A stretch of DNA of 64,000 nt from Thecamonas trahens ATCC 50062 (taxonomy: Eukaryota; Protista; Apusomonadida), in assembly GCF_000142905.1 (NCBI RefSeq), contig NW_013657657.1, positions 372,001-436,000 on the forward strand, given 5' to 3'. Shown in pieces: positions 23,601-29,986 of the stretch. How positions within the stretch are numbered: the first letter of the stretch is position 1; each line of letters opens with the position of its first letter. The notes beneath the pieces were generated by a model. That model was given only the letters and a program-made list of their open reading frames with translations. It did not search any database and had not been told where the DNA came from. A program made the position numbers and the translations under genes.

Positions 23601-25724
23601 ATTCCGGACGGGTACAACGAGATGCTCAACCCGTTCCAGCGGCTGCTGCTTGTGCGGTGCTGGTGCGTGGACCGGATGTACTTTGCGGCGGAGCCGTACA
23701 TTGCCAAGACGCTTGGCGAGCAGTACACGGCGCCGCCACAGCTAGGCGTGGCGTCTGCACTGGAGGACTCTGACCCGCTTACGCCTGTGGTCTGCCTCCT
23801 CTCGATCGGGTCGGACCCTAGTGAGCAGATCCGGCAGCTGTCGAAGAAGCTGTATCGGCGCGTGCCGCTGGAGGTGTCGATGGGCGCGGGGCAGGAGGTT
23901 GTGGCGCGAAAGCACATTGCGACGGGCATGGCGAGCGGGCAGTGGGTCCTGCTCCAGAACTGCCACCTGGGCGTGGACTTTATGGACGAGGTTGTGGCGA
24001 TTCTGACTGCTGCGACGGAGGCAAAGGAGCGTGCTTCCGAGGCGTACGCCAAGGGTAGCGGCGGCGGCGACGGCGACGACGACGACGACGACGATGAGGG
24101 CTCGTCGGGCGGCGGGCTTGGGGCAAAGGAAGCCGGGCCTGTGGTCCATGACGACTTCAGGCTGTGGATGACGACGTCGCCGACGACGGAGTTCCCGATT
24201 CTCCTCCTGCACCGCGGGATCAAGGTGACGAACGAGCCGCCGCAGGGCGTGCGTGCTGGCCTGCAGAAGACGTTTGCGGACGTGAGCCAGGACGAGCTCG
24301 AGTACGTGGACCGGCCCGAGTACCGGTCGCTGCTGTACTCGATCACGTGGTTGCACTCGATTGTGCAGGAGCGGCGCAAGTTTGGCCCGCTCGGGTGGAA
24401 CATCCCGTACGAGTTTAACTCTGCGGACCTTGCGGCGTCGCTTGCGTTCCTCCGCAAGTACATGTACGACCTTGATCCGAAGGCCAACGTGGACTGGAAA
24501 ACGGTGCGGTACATCATTACCGAGGTCCACTACGGTGGGCGAGTGACGGACGACTTTGACCGGCGGCTGCTCAAGAGCTACGGGACCAAGTGGCTGTCAA
24601 ACGCGGTGGCTAACAGCGGGGCGTCGGGCGTGCACTACGAGTTTGCACCCGGCTACTGCGTTCCGCCGGACAAGAGTCTGGAGGGGATTAAGGAGTACCT
24701 GCTCTCGCTGCCTGCGACCGACTCGCCACTCGTGTTTGGGCTCCACCCGACGGCTGAGATTGCGTATCGGCGGGCGCAGTCGCTCGCGGTGCTCTCAACG
24801 ATTTTGGCGATCCAGCCGAAGGACTCGACCAGCGGCGACAAGCCGCGCGAGGTTGTGGTGGACGAAATGTGCGCCAAGTTCCTGGAGCAGCTGCGGCCGG
24901 ACTTTATCGAGTCGCAGGTGCGGGCCAAGATCGACGCGCAGTCCGCCCAGGCGGCGCAGGCTGCCGAAGAGGCCGGCGAGGCGAGCGGTGCGGACAAGGC
25001 GCCGCCGCCGCTCAACATTTTCCTCTTTCAGGAGGTGCAGCGGATGCAGATTGTGCTCAATCTGGTGCGGACGTCACTGACGGACCTGCGGCTGGCGATT
25101 GCGGGCACGATTGTGCTCTCAGAGCGGCTGATGGACATTCTCAGTGCCATCTACGACGGTCGAGTGCCGGAGGAGTGGGCGCGAGTGTCGTGGAAGTCGA
25201 CGACGCTCTCGTTCTGGATGGCTGCGCTCGACTCGCGGTACACGCAGTACGAGGACTGGCTCAACAAGGGCCGGCCGCTGAAGGTCAAGATGGGACTGCT
25301 GTTCAACCCGCAGGGCTTCCTCACGGCGGTCCTGCAGGAGGCCTCGCGCAAGATGGGACTCCCGCTCGACATGGTCGACTCGTACACCACGATTCCCAAG
25401 GACGGCAAGGAGATCAAACGGACCGAGATGGGCGTGTACCTCGAGGGCCTCACGCTCGAGGGTGCGCGGTGGGATCGGCGTAACGGCAAGCTGGAGGACC
25501 TTGGCGACCGCGGCAAGCAGACCATGGTCGAGATGCCGTGCATCTTCTTCTCGGCGCGGCCCAAGGAGGAGCGTGACCTCACGCAGTACGCATGCCCAGT
25601 GTACGTCAGTCCGCGGCGGCAGGACCTCGAGTATGTGACCACCATCTGGCTCAAGACGGACCACGAGGAGGGTCCTGGATTCTGGGTCCGGCGCGGCGTT
25701 GCGCTGCTGACGACGCGCAATTAG
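11658..25724 (+). CDS. DNAH5: Axonemal dynein heavy chain, outer-arm gamma type (DNAH5/DNAH8 family)
   Basis: 4688-aa ORF; P-loops GPAGTGKT, GPSGAGKT, GESGTAKT, GVGGSGKQ; LVITPLTDRCY, FITMNPGYAGRQELPENLK; DHC_N1/N2 tail, stalk, WVRRGVALL C-terminus. The GTAKT third P-loop is typical of the gamma family. Confidence 0.95.
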   Translation: MFRSLSRSNLRRSQSINAFVNALRQANIKPTHNFIFTAVAKAFGISVSQVEEYALTGAHLSQVNQFLAADGPWKLMFYFQPLETGAADDDADESAGGPSKRSGAPTLRITDGKDEPLRGKAIYFLRMRQVELTEANIATEVVTGRISGGVGLLSSLQETIEHVMLPALSAQGMWGELPNDSDKIEAFLEALDKFVTMLAQVMSSLAQGVTLRLKALPIENKPSAFAEAALSPELVAECEELVDDWCKKIDLVLAESEVVRRESDSVGPNKELEHWKARMAKFNTITDQLKHETVKVVIGTLTAAKSKKLEVWKTLDNRITDAANEAKDNVKYLYTLERFSEPLYKSDPVQMVEAIPGLINAIKMMHSIARYYNTSERMTALFVKITNQMITCCKEYIRGDGEIWEQDRSTLIGKLQACLALKKAYQDAFRQTKTRLRSQPKDKQFDFSEMYIFGKFELFCKRVKKLIDTFIIIEQFSALENCSIEGMGEILERFNTIVAELRNKQYDLLDHRKLEFEADFVLFYEKIVDLERLLQEFINAAFEPITSTQRALSLLRQFQSVLLMDSLRAELENKYLLIFANYGRELDVVRRLYEKQANAPPIPRDTPPVAGAISWARQLLRRIEEPMKLFQAHPHILYTLEAKKVIRVYNKLARALVEFETLYHESWMNSVEEVKYALNATLLVRNPGAKSVILVNFDSLIPKLIRETKAMQRMELEVPETAKLITMQEAKFKAHYNNLQYMLEEYSRVRSKIPKKFAQLIGPHVELVKSRIEPGLVSLTWTSLNIDGYLAAIHESLAHLEDLVDKINDIIACRVDSTLASIRATRLIDLPSESSITIEAFADAAEETTRSRAASLDSKVVLVESAVQDLVALITRGYTSSDMAKVEGFIDRVAQEYANATFEAIVEAVKASMELIKSRLVGSSSDGNTSPEADADGTGADGGAGSAGPSSGMSGAKTVSGSGSGVASDGSVPLFKLSVELEVPELVLTPSLEALQQYIDVVVEKIKVASALIYTWGQERPTKRKGASGGAGELGEGAGDEESAGNRTLNTSLTGSVIGSPGGLAASFVGSLAGGDDAGGDDAGVLRNYYESIENHKEILKLQRELAAVTSQLKSRVKADLSRFSKYAFLWSEDRNATYERFLASTPGIEAFENELGRYEGLRREIEDLAAVVVIGAVALDYGELKRALSSEAVGWKQFYGDNLKIKSHQEMNELVAFFDESTVKLNRQLNDLDDIRAVMDVLAELRKEETSISMKITPIEETYSLLNHYSIRYSKEEADAADNLRYSWKKLKMGLAIAKQAELSKLQPKFKKELLRSVEAFEDDVDEFVADYTLNGPMVRGISPRVAVERLKAFQRLFEERERKMTTYQGGEVLFGLPVHEYPKLVKIRKELRLLESLYGLYSDVLVTVGGYEDIIWSELDLEGIQQQIKGFQDKCKRLPKAMREWEAYLELKTKIDDFDRLLPLLADLSHPAILSRHWEAISEVTGTKFKVDMDTFKLKNLLEATLLENEAEVHDICFAAVREAEIETKINALQDEWSDASFEFANFKKRGAIILNGERTQEIMSQIEDSLMVLAGLLSSPYNKPFKADILLWSQKLSTCFREIENWVHVQSLWIYLEAVFVGGDIAKAMPLEAKRFASIDKSWVKIMNAVRDNPNVVSFVYSDETLSSLLPHLADMLELCRSSLAGYLEGKQRIFPRFYFLSHPALLEVLGSANSNCQAVQPHLKSVFANIHRVKFSKTEFNHIVGMTSGEGEYVPLRKSMECEGNVENWLNVLISRMKETVRSILRRGASVMGSMDLDAFVMEHAAQVGLLGIQLKWTETCEKSLGEAAKGDQNAMKARDFANYNDFMTLVTLTREDLDRRDRVKVETLVTISYHQWDIFNELFKAYVRSPEDFDWLKQTRFYWRGADANCKIHITDVEFEYCYEYLGCTDRLVITPLTDRCYITLAQAMGMSLGGAPAGPAGTGKTETVKDMGKALGKYVVVFNCSPEMTYQQLEKTFKGLAMSGCWGDFDEFNRIKLPVLSVAAQQISSIFTAKRDQLDRFVFTDGALTPLDTECCIFITMNPGYAGRQELPENLKLQFRTCAMMVPDRDIIMKVKLAASGFQKFLSLAIKFFWLYKLCEEQLSEQIHYDFGLRNILSVLRTAGAVKRAHPDDMEDDILQRVCRSMNLSKLVDDDYQLFLSLLSDLFPGEFAVQHGAKDLDMCIDSQCESLGLIPHPSWKLKLFQLEETAKVRHGIMVLGPSGAGKTTCISVLLGALKETGLSYREWRMNPKAIKTQQYLGKTETATNEWKDGIFSSLWRKANKMLEKKKDEHVWLTMDGPVDSLWIESLNTVLDDNKTLTLPNGDRLPMHRNLKLIFEVDSLDNASPATVSRCGMIYMSDTALGWRPVLASWLKSRADYEVEVLHELFEAVWDAGQLFVSESLNVTMVTPLINAIQMALNLLTSSLKRPSTAAAPSAVHLNRLFVFAFVWALGGLLSEEERVKFSAHLYENDAFATLDLPDIGAFRDAADGDTIFEFMVRPGGSWAHWASQVPEFEYPEVGDVRFHDILVPTTDSARLEFLTNEIMKQGLHVLLVGESGTAKTVTILQYMAKQDPDKYLSKVVNFSYATETDGFQSAIEGSVQKVHTGVFAPQYGKKMMVFVDDISMPETNEWGDQPTNETVRQLIEEQGLYSLEKPGEFLKIIDLQFLGAMFHPGGGRNDIPSRLKRHFAAFNCTLPSPASIERIFSVIVQGHYSYERGFSGEVVELAGQMTSLTTRIWSLTKARMLPTPEHFHYVFNLRDLSRITEGLIDTQSDVVTSRSVLLTLWRHECERVLSDRLISSEHRKWFAATITSVVSEAFGAQVAAEVMSPCFFVDFLRDEPDIDEIDLDDPNANFDAPKVYEPIKSMKALRSRIKGFMDQHNEEVRGFVLDLVLFEDCIKHVVKISRIIRRPRGCALLVGVGGSGKQSVTKLAAYIAGHETFQLQMTRSYNVSKLMEDLQVLYRKAGGEGKKVTFIFTDNDIKEERFLEYINSILTSGDVDVMAKDERDSILLELREVMNKERPELEDNMVNLNKFFIERVRQNLHIVLCFSPVGEKFRTRSLKFPGLVSGVTIDWFDPWPLKALKAVSRRYLVEFPMVCEASVREALIEYMSNVHFLVERTSKRYFEKYRRNVFVTPKSYLSFLSSFRAVYEQKKAEIDAEDSRMKIGLQKLEAAEISVSKLKEKLDEQEVELVKAQEVARQQLDKIVTKTAEAKKEKDKVKAVKDQVLVQQQEAEAASQAADAELAKALPHLKAAIAALEVIDPKDINELRAGNHPVHFTKRVLDCVRIMRYLGMEPVEMEENGKIRTSWVESKRMMNKKDFLDSLLNFPLTTLNGEIIELLEPYFDDEEFMVGSDRAATVNLALKGLFEWCEAIIKYYHVSRDIEPKQMAKNKAQKRLQQANEELSDAQKQLDEKEAVLAAMQAKYDACQAEEQRLASIAEKTKRTMTAALALIDGLAGEKERWTAKSLTFGDVVTKLVGDVAVATAFLSYAGPFMQEYRNRLVKQCRSDLKSSHIPFSSELDVVKLLTDDNEVGQWNLEGLPTDGQSTQNGIIVVNAAHMYARFPLMIDPQGQGRAWILNHEAANGLKVVTFDTRGFKDTLETCVQTGVPLLIEDVGNELDPILDPVLERGVKLPGAKHYICKIGDKEVNYAEGFRLYMTTKIANPKYSPEVCAKTALVDFTVTRSGLEDQLLGRVIRHEQEYLETKRAALLEELNTNKQLIKSLEDNLLAKLSQTEGNLVDDTELINVLRKSKTTSEEVKEKIVSSVENERIINQAREQYRPVATRGSILYFIVSEMAMVDHMYETSLAQFLNVFDESMVRAAQTQLAAQRISNIIEELTYSTFTFMTRGLFEEHKLLFLLQCALKIDLEAREIDGLEYRTFVKGGASLDPKTGKANPDPSDIPEDVWLNLRALHEIPIFHNILEQIENNVAGWKAWYNKAEPEKEVIPDGYNEMLNPFQRLLLVRCWCVDRMYFAAEPYIAKTLGEQYTAPPQLGVASALEDSDPLTPVVCLLSIGSDPSEQIRQLSKKLYRRVPLEVSMGAGQEVVARKHIATGMASGQWVLLQNCHLGVDFMDEVVAILTAATEAKERASEAYAKGSGGGDGDDDDDDDEGSSGGGLGAKEAGPVVHDDFRLWMTTSPTTEFPILLLHRGIKVTNEPPQGVRAGLQKTFADVSQDELEYVDRPEYRSLLYSITWLHSIVQERRKFGPLGWNIPYEFNSADLAASLAFLRKYMYDLDPKANVDWKTVRYIITEVHYGGRVTDDFDRRLLKSYGTKWLSNAVANSGASGVHYEFAPGYCVPPDKSLEGIKEYLLSLPATDSPLVFGLHPTAEIAYRRAQSLAVLSTILAIQPKDSTSGDKPREVVVDEMCAKFLEQLRPDFIESQVRAKIDAQSAQAAQAAEEAGEASGADKAPPPLNIFLFQEVQRMQIVLNLVRTSLTDLRLAIAGTIVLSERLMDILSAIYDGRVPEEWARVSWKSTTLSFWMAALDSRYTQYEDWLNKGRPLKVKMGLLFNPQGFLTAVLQEASRKMGLPLDMVDSYTTIPKDGKEIKRTEMGVYLEGLTLEGARWDRRNGKLEDLGDRGKQTMVEMPCIFFSARPKEERDLTQYACPVYVSPRRQDLEYVTTIWLKTDHEEGPGFWVRRGVALLTTRN

Positions 25725-25803
25725 AGGCTGTGTGTGTGTGGCAGAGCGAGTAACACCAACAAAGGCCCAACTAACTAGCTAAAGTGGATAGAGGCAGGTA
25801 CAT

Positions 25804-27087
25804 TTACATGACAACGACAAGCTCTTCGTCGTCGTCATCGTCATCGCCGTCGCCGTCGCCGTCGTCGCCGACGCTGCCGATGCGTGGACGCGAGAGCGAA
25901 GACGGCGAGAGAGCGCGGGCCACCTTGTTGACGGTAAACGCGCCGTCGTTGTCGGACCGCTTGCGCTTGCTGGATGGATGAGCGGCGGCAGCGACGGCCG
26001 AGGCGACCGAGACCTTAACAGTTGGGCCGGCGGCGGCGGCGGCCGGCACAGACGAGTGCAGCGGCGGCGGCGGGCTGGGGACGGGCTGCGGGCGGGCCGC
26101 CGCTGACACGCCAGCCACAGTGGCTGCCAGTGCAGTGACGGAGACGACGTTGGGGTAGGGCGTGGTGAGCGAGACCGGGACCGGGGTCGGGGTCGGAACC
26201 GGCGCCGGTGTTGTTGGCGCGGGAACCGGCGGCGGCGGCCGAGTCAGCGAGGCGATGGGAACCGGGACCGGCGCAGGAGCAGGGGCGATGATCGACGGCG
26301 CCGGCGGGGACAGTGCACGCAGAGTCGGCGGGACCGGAGGCGTTGGCAGCGGTGCCGGTGGAGCGACAGGAGTGGGAGCAGGCAGGGCGGAAGCGTCCGG
26401 AGGAGCAGTAGGCGGAGCAGAAGCGGAAGCGGTGGAAGTAGTGGTAGTGGAGGCAGTAGCGGTAGCTGTGGAGGTAGTTATAGCGGAAGCAGGAGCGGTA
26501 GCGGGAGCAACAGCAGGAGGCGGCATGGCAGCAGCGTCAGCGTCAGCAAAGGGATCATGTCCGTGATGAAGCGAGTTGACACGGATCTGCAAGGTGTGGA
26601 GGAGCGAGCGAGAACCAAAGGCTTTGAGCAGAACAGGAGCAATGCGCATGGCCAGAGCGGCGGAGAGGGCCTTGTCCGAGTTTGTGATCCTGTTTGGCCT
26701 CTTCTTTGCCGAGACCGAGGCGTTGGGAGGAAAGACAAACTCCCAGACGGAGATGGAGAGCGGACAACCGACCTTGACACTTGCTCGCTTGCGGAGAGGG
26801 ACAGAGCCCGAGGCGCGAGTTTTTCGTGACCGACCAGCTTTGCACTGAAAAAGCGAACGAGCCACTTTGCCCACCACAGCTCCAGGCGCCTTTGATGCCC
26901 TCGGCAATGCCTTTCGATGCATTTCTGCGTAGAGCATGGTAGCGGCCGCCGACTCGAGCTCCTCCTTCACGGCCTCCCACTCTGCCCATGAGCCCACATA
27001 CCCCACAGACACATCCCCATCCTCCTCATACCCATACAGTCGCCGCCCAAGCACCTCCTCTATTGCCTGGTTTGCTCCTTTCTCCAT
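25804..27087 (-). CDS. Pro/Ala/Thr-rich protein with FAR1/WRKY-GCM1-like zinc DNA-binding domain (start uncertain)
   Basis: FQC..RASVKVGCPLSISV..HHGH pattern; low-complexity C-terminal half; KRKR NLS-like motif; acidic end. Confidence 0.55.
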   Translation of the reverse strand: MEKGANQAIEEVLGRRLYGYEEDGDVSVGYVGSWAEWEAVKEELESAAATMLYAEMHRKALPRASKAPGAVVGKVARSLFQCKAGRSRKTRASGSVPLRKRASVKVGCPLSISVWEFVFPPNASVSAKKRPNRITNSDKALSAALAMRIAPVLLKAFGSRSLLHTLQIRVNSLHHGHDPFADADAAAMPPPAVAPATAPASAITTSTATATASTTTTSTASASAPPTAPPDASALPAPTPVAPPAPLPTPPVPPTLRALSPPAPSIIAPAPAPVPVPIASLTRPPPPVPAPTTPAPVPTPTPVPVSLTTPYPNVVSVTALAATVAGVSAAARPQPVPSPPPPLHSSVPAAAAAGPTVKVSVASAVAAAAHPSSKRKRSDNDGAFTVNKVARALSPSSLSRPRIGSVGDDGDGDGDDDDDDEELVVVM

Positions 27088-27492
27088 GGCTGTGCCCACT
27101 CCACCCGGGGAGAGGAGAGGTCCGCTGGCCGTGTGCGTGATCAGTGGGTGATCGATCGGGCAACGGACGGGGGGGAGGAGGGGAGGTGGGGGAGGGGGGA
27201 GGAGGGGTGGAGGGGGGGGGTAGTGGGGTGGGAAGTGGGGCGGGGGGTGGGGTGGGGGAGGGGGAGGAGGGAAGGGGAAGGAGGTGGCGGGGGTGGAGNN
27301 NNNNNNNNNNNNNNNNNNNNNNNNNNNNNNNNNNNNNNNNNNNNNNNNNNNNNNNNNNNNNNNNNNNNNNNNNNNNNNNNNNNNNNNNNNNNNNNNNNCA
27401 CGGCACCCACGCCCTTCACCCCCCCCTTACCCCCCCAACCCCCCCCCCCCCCCCTCCCCTCCCTTGCGGCGGAAGCAGCAGAGAGGAAGGAC

Positions 27493-29973
27493 ATGTCGCG
27501 TCTGTTCGGACGGCGGGGACGACGTGCGGTCAAGCGACATGCACGAGTCACTGTTCATGCTGTGCAGAATGTGTGTGTGGGAGAAGGCGGGACGGTGTCC
27601 GTCCGCTATGCTCGTGGCTCTCATTCGGGAACGACGGCAGCTGTGTTTGCAAGTAATAGTGTGGCTTTTTTTGACACTGTTTTTAACTTTCCTTGCACTC
27701 TCTACCAAAGAATAGACTCGGGCAAGTACGATGACAAGATATTGACCTTGACTGCAGTGGCAAATGGTACTCGCCATGCAAAGAGCAAGAGTGAGAGAAA
27801 AGATCGCGTTCTTGGCTCGGCTACCGTCAATCTGGCAGACTTGGCAAAGTTGGACCATCTCGTCACTCGTGTCTACCTCTGTGAAGCTGCTCCTGTTCCT
27901 GGCACTGCCATCAAGGTCTCGCTTGTTTTGTGGGATCCATCGCTTCCCGAGCCAGCCCTTGCCCTCGCTGCTTCTTCTGTTGCTTCGTCCAGCGACGATC
28001 ATCCCCGGTCGGGTCCGCCGCCGTCCTCGGCCTCGCTCTCAGCCGACGCCTCGTCAGATCGCCTGGACCCACCACCTCGCCCGCGTGCGAGTCCAAAGAA
28101 GCGCCGCAAGAGGCGCCAGGTCTCGCCGCTCGTCGCTGCTGCCGCTGCAGGCAACGTGACCGCCACCACCCCCACCCCCACCCTCTCGTCGCTCTCGTCA
28201 ATGGACGACGAGAGTACCTTGCCCAACTACCTCGAGTCCGACCCGGACTCGCACGCCACAGAGACGTTCTCCGGCGAGGTCTCGCCATCGGCCACGGGTG
28301 AGTTTCGCTCCACCGGGCCTGTCTACCCGGCCTCTCTGTTCATGCCGGGTGACGGCGGCCGCCCCAGTCCAGCCCGCCCGCGCGCAACCTCAATCACCAC
28401 TGCTCGCTCGCACTCGCGCCAGCCGTCGCTCCCCTCGCCGCACGTCCCGGCCCGTCGCTCGTCGGTCACCGCTTCGCGCGCACACCGCCGCTCGCTCTCG
28501 TCGTCGGTCCAGATCAACGCCGAGCTGCCGGTGGCCCAGCGGAGCATCGGCGAGCTCGGCGAGCTGCCCGAGCCCGACCCGGCTGGCGCCATCTCGCAGG
28601 AGCTCGGCCGGATCAAGGCCCGCCTCCGCGAGCGCCGGCTCAAGCTTGTCGGCCGCCGTGTCGCCCTCCTTGTCGACGGCGCCATCGCCTCGGTCTATCT
28701 CAACCCGGACGACCGCGCCGCCGCCCTCTCCTCGGCCGCCCTCGTCACCGTCGGCATGTCCTCGCGTGGGCTGCCGGATTCCATCTTTGAGCCCGAGGCC
28801 TGGGACCACGAGTCGGTCGCCACTGCCGTCGCCGCCTTTTCCAACTGGTACCAGCACGGCCTGCCGATCTCGGAGCGTCTTGTCTTTGCCGCCATGGTCG
28901 ACTGGAACTTTGGCTTTGAGTCGCAGGAGGCTCTGGCGTCTGCCACAGAGCTCCTGCGCAACTCGCCGGCTGCCCTCGTTGTCCACGATCTCCCGGCCGC
29001 CCTCGACGCCAAGGTCCGCGCCTCGCGCGCCAAGCCGCTCGAGCTCGCATACTTTCTGGCCGTTGCCGCCCTCCTCGTCCACGACGTGAGCAATGAGCTT
29101 GCGCTGGCCGTCGGCGGTGCTCGCTCGCGCCCGGCCTGGGCCCGCTCGCTCGAGGACGCCCTCGACGCCGCCGCCTACACCGCGTTTTCACTACTGGTCG
29201 GCCACTACAACCAGCGGCTCGAGAGCGCTGTCGTTGTCGGCGCCTTTCTCGACGCGCCGTCCACGCTCGAGACCGCATCGGCCCGCGCCGCCGCCGCCGC
29301 CGCCGTCGGCTCGGCCACTGTGCCCTCGCTCCCGCGCCCGGCACTCTCGCCAGCCACCGTCATTGCTGTCCTTGACGAGCTCGCCGCCGTCGTCGCGCCG
29401 TGGCACCCAGAGGTGTTTGGTGACACCCGCGCTGCCGTCGTCTCGGCCGTTTTCAAGCACATCAACGCCGTCCTTTGCAACGCTGTCCTTGTCGATTCGC
29501 GCGGCGCGACCGTAAGCGGCGGGCTCAAGCTCAAGATGGCCGTCTCGGAGCTCGAAGAGTGGCTTGCTCAGCACCCGGAGCTGAGCGGTGGCGAGCTGCC
29601 GGCTCGCGAGCGCCTGGTCCTTGTCCGCGAGCTGGCCGACGTCCTCGTCATGCCCAAAGACGCTCTCCTCGTGGCTGAGACGCGAGGCCAGGTCGCCCCG
29701 CACCTCTCCAGCCACCAGCTTGTTGCCCTCCTCCACGCTGTGCAGACAGACGACTACGACCAGGTCGGCGTCGAGCCCGGCCTCGTCGAGTCGCTTGCTG
29801 ACGAACTCGGCGTCGAGCAGGCCGGCGTCGCCTCGTCACGCGTCGCCGTCCCAGACGTCATCGAGCCGCCGCTCTGCGACGCCCTGCCCGCACCAGTCCT
29901 CGACATTGACCTCGGCCAACTCGTCCTCCCTGTTTGCTTTGTTGGGCAAGAAGGCTACGAGTTTCTGCCGTAA
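27493..29973 (+). CDS. NT-C2 (EEIG1/EHBP1-type) plus C-terminal Dilute (DIL) domain protein
   Basis: N-terminus ARVTVHAV..VSVRYARG..FPCTLY..YDDK..LGSATVNLA; C-terminus FKHINAVLCNAVL..GLKLKMAVSELEEW..VRELADVLVMPK..PHLSSHQL. Confidence 0.8.
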   Translation: MSRLFGRRGRRAVKRHARVTVHAVQNVCVGEGGTVSVRYARGSHSGTTAAVFASNSVAFFDTVFNFPCTLYQRIDSGKYDDKILTLTAVANGTRHAKSKSERKDRVLGSATVNLADLAKLDHLVTRVYLCEAAPVPGTAIKVSLVLWDPSLPEPALALAASSVASSSDDHPRSGPPPSSASLSADASSDRLDPPPRPRASPKKRRKRRQVSPLVAAAAAGNVTATTPTPTLSSLSSMDDESTLPNYLESDPDSHATETFSGEVSPSATGEFRSTGPVYPASLFMPGDGGRPSPARPRATSITTARSHSRQPSLPSPHVPARRSSVTASRAHRRSLSSSVQINAELPVAQRSIGELGELPEPDPAGAISQELGRIKARLRERRLKLVGRRVALLVDGAIASVYLNPDDRAAALSSAALVTVGMSSRGLPDSIFEPEAWDHESVATAVAAFSNWYQHGLPISERLVFAAMVDWNFGFESQEALASATELLRNSPAALVVHDLPAALDAKVRASRAKPLELAYFLAVAALLVHDVSNELALAVGGARSRPAWARSLEDALDAAAYTAFSLLVGHYNQRLESAVVVGAFLDAPSTLETASARAAAAAAVGSATVPSLPRPALSPATVIAVLDELAAVVAPWHPEVFGDTRAAVVSAVFKHINAVLCNAVLVDSRGATVSGGLKLKMAVSELEEWLAQHPELSGGELPARERLVLVRELADVLVMPKDALLVAETRGQVAPHLSSHQLVALLHAVQTDDYDQVGVEPGLVESLADELGVEQAGVASSRVAVPDVIEPPLCDALPAPVLDIDLGQLVLPVCFVGQEGYEFLP

Positions 29974-29986
29974 AATGAACAGCTCG

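Noticed and set aside
12023-25720. Long antisense ORFs within dynein (and within HECT and other genes)
   Set aside because: Shadow ORFs expected from high GC and strong codon bias; no recognisable domains
27170-27460. Poly-G/poly-C tracts as an inverted repeat or G4 element
   Set aside because: They flank an assembly gap and are probably low-quality read ends in a divergent promoter
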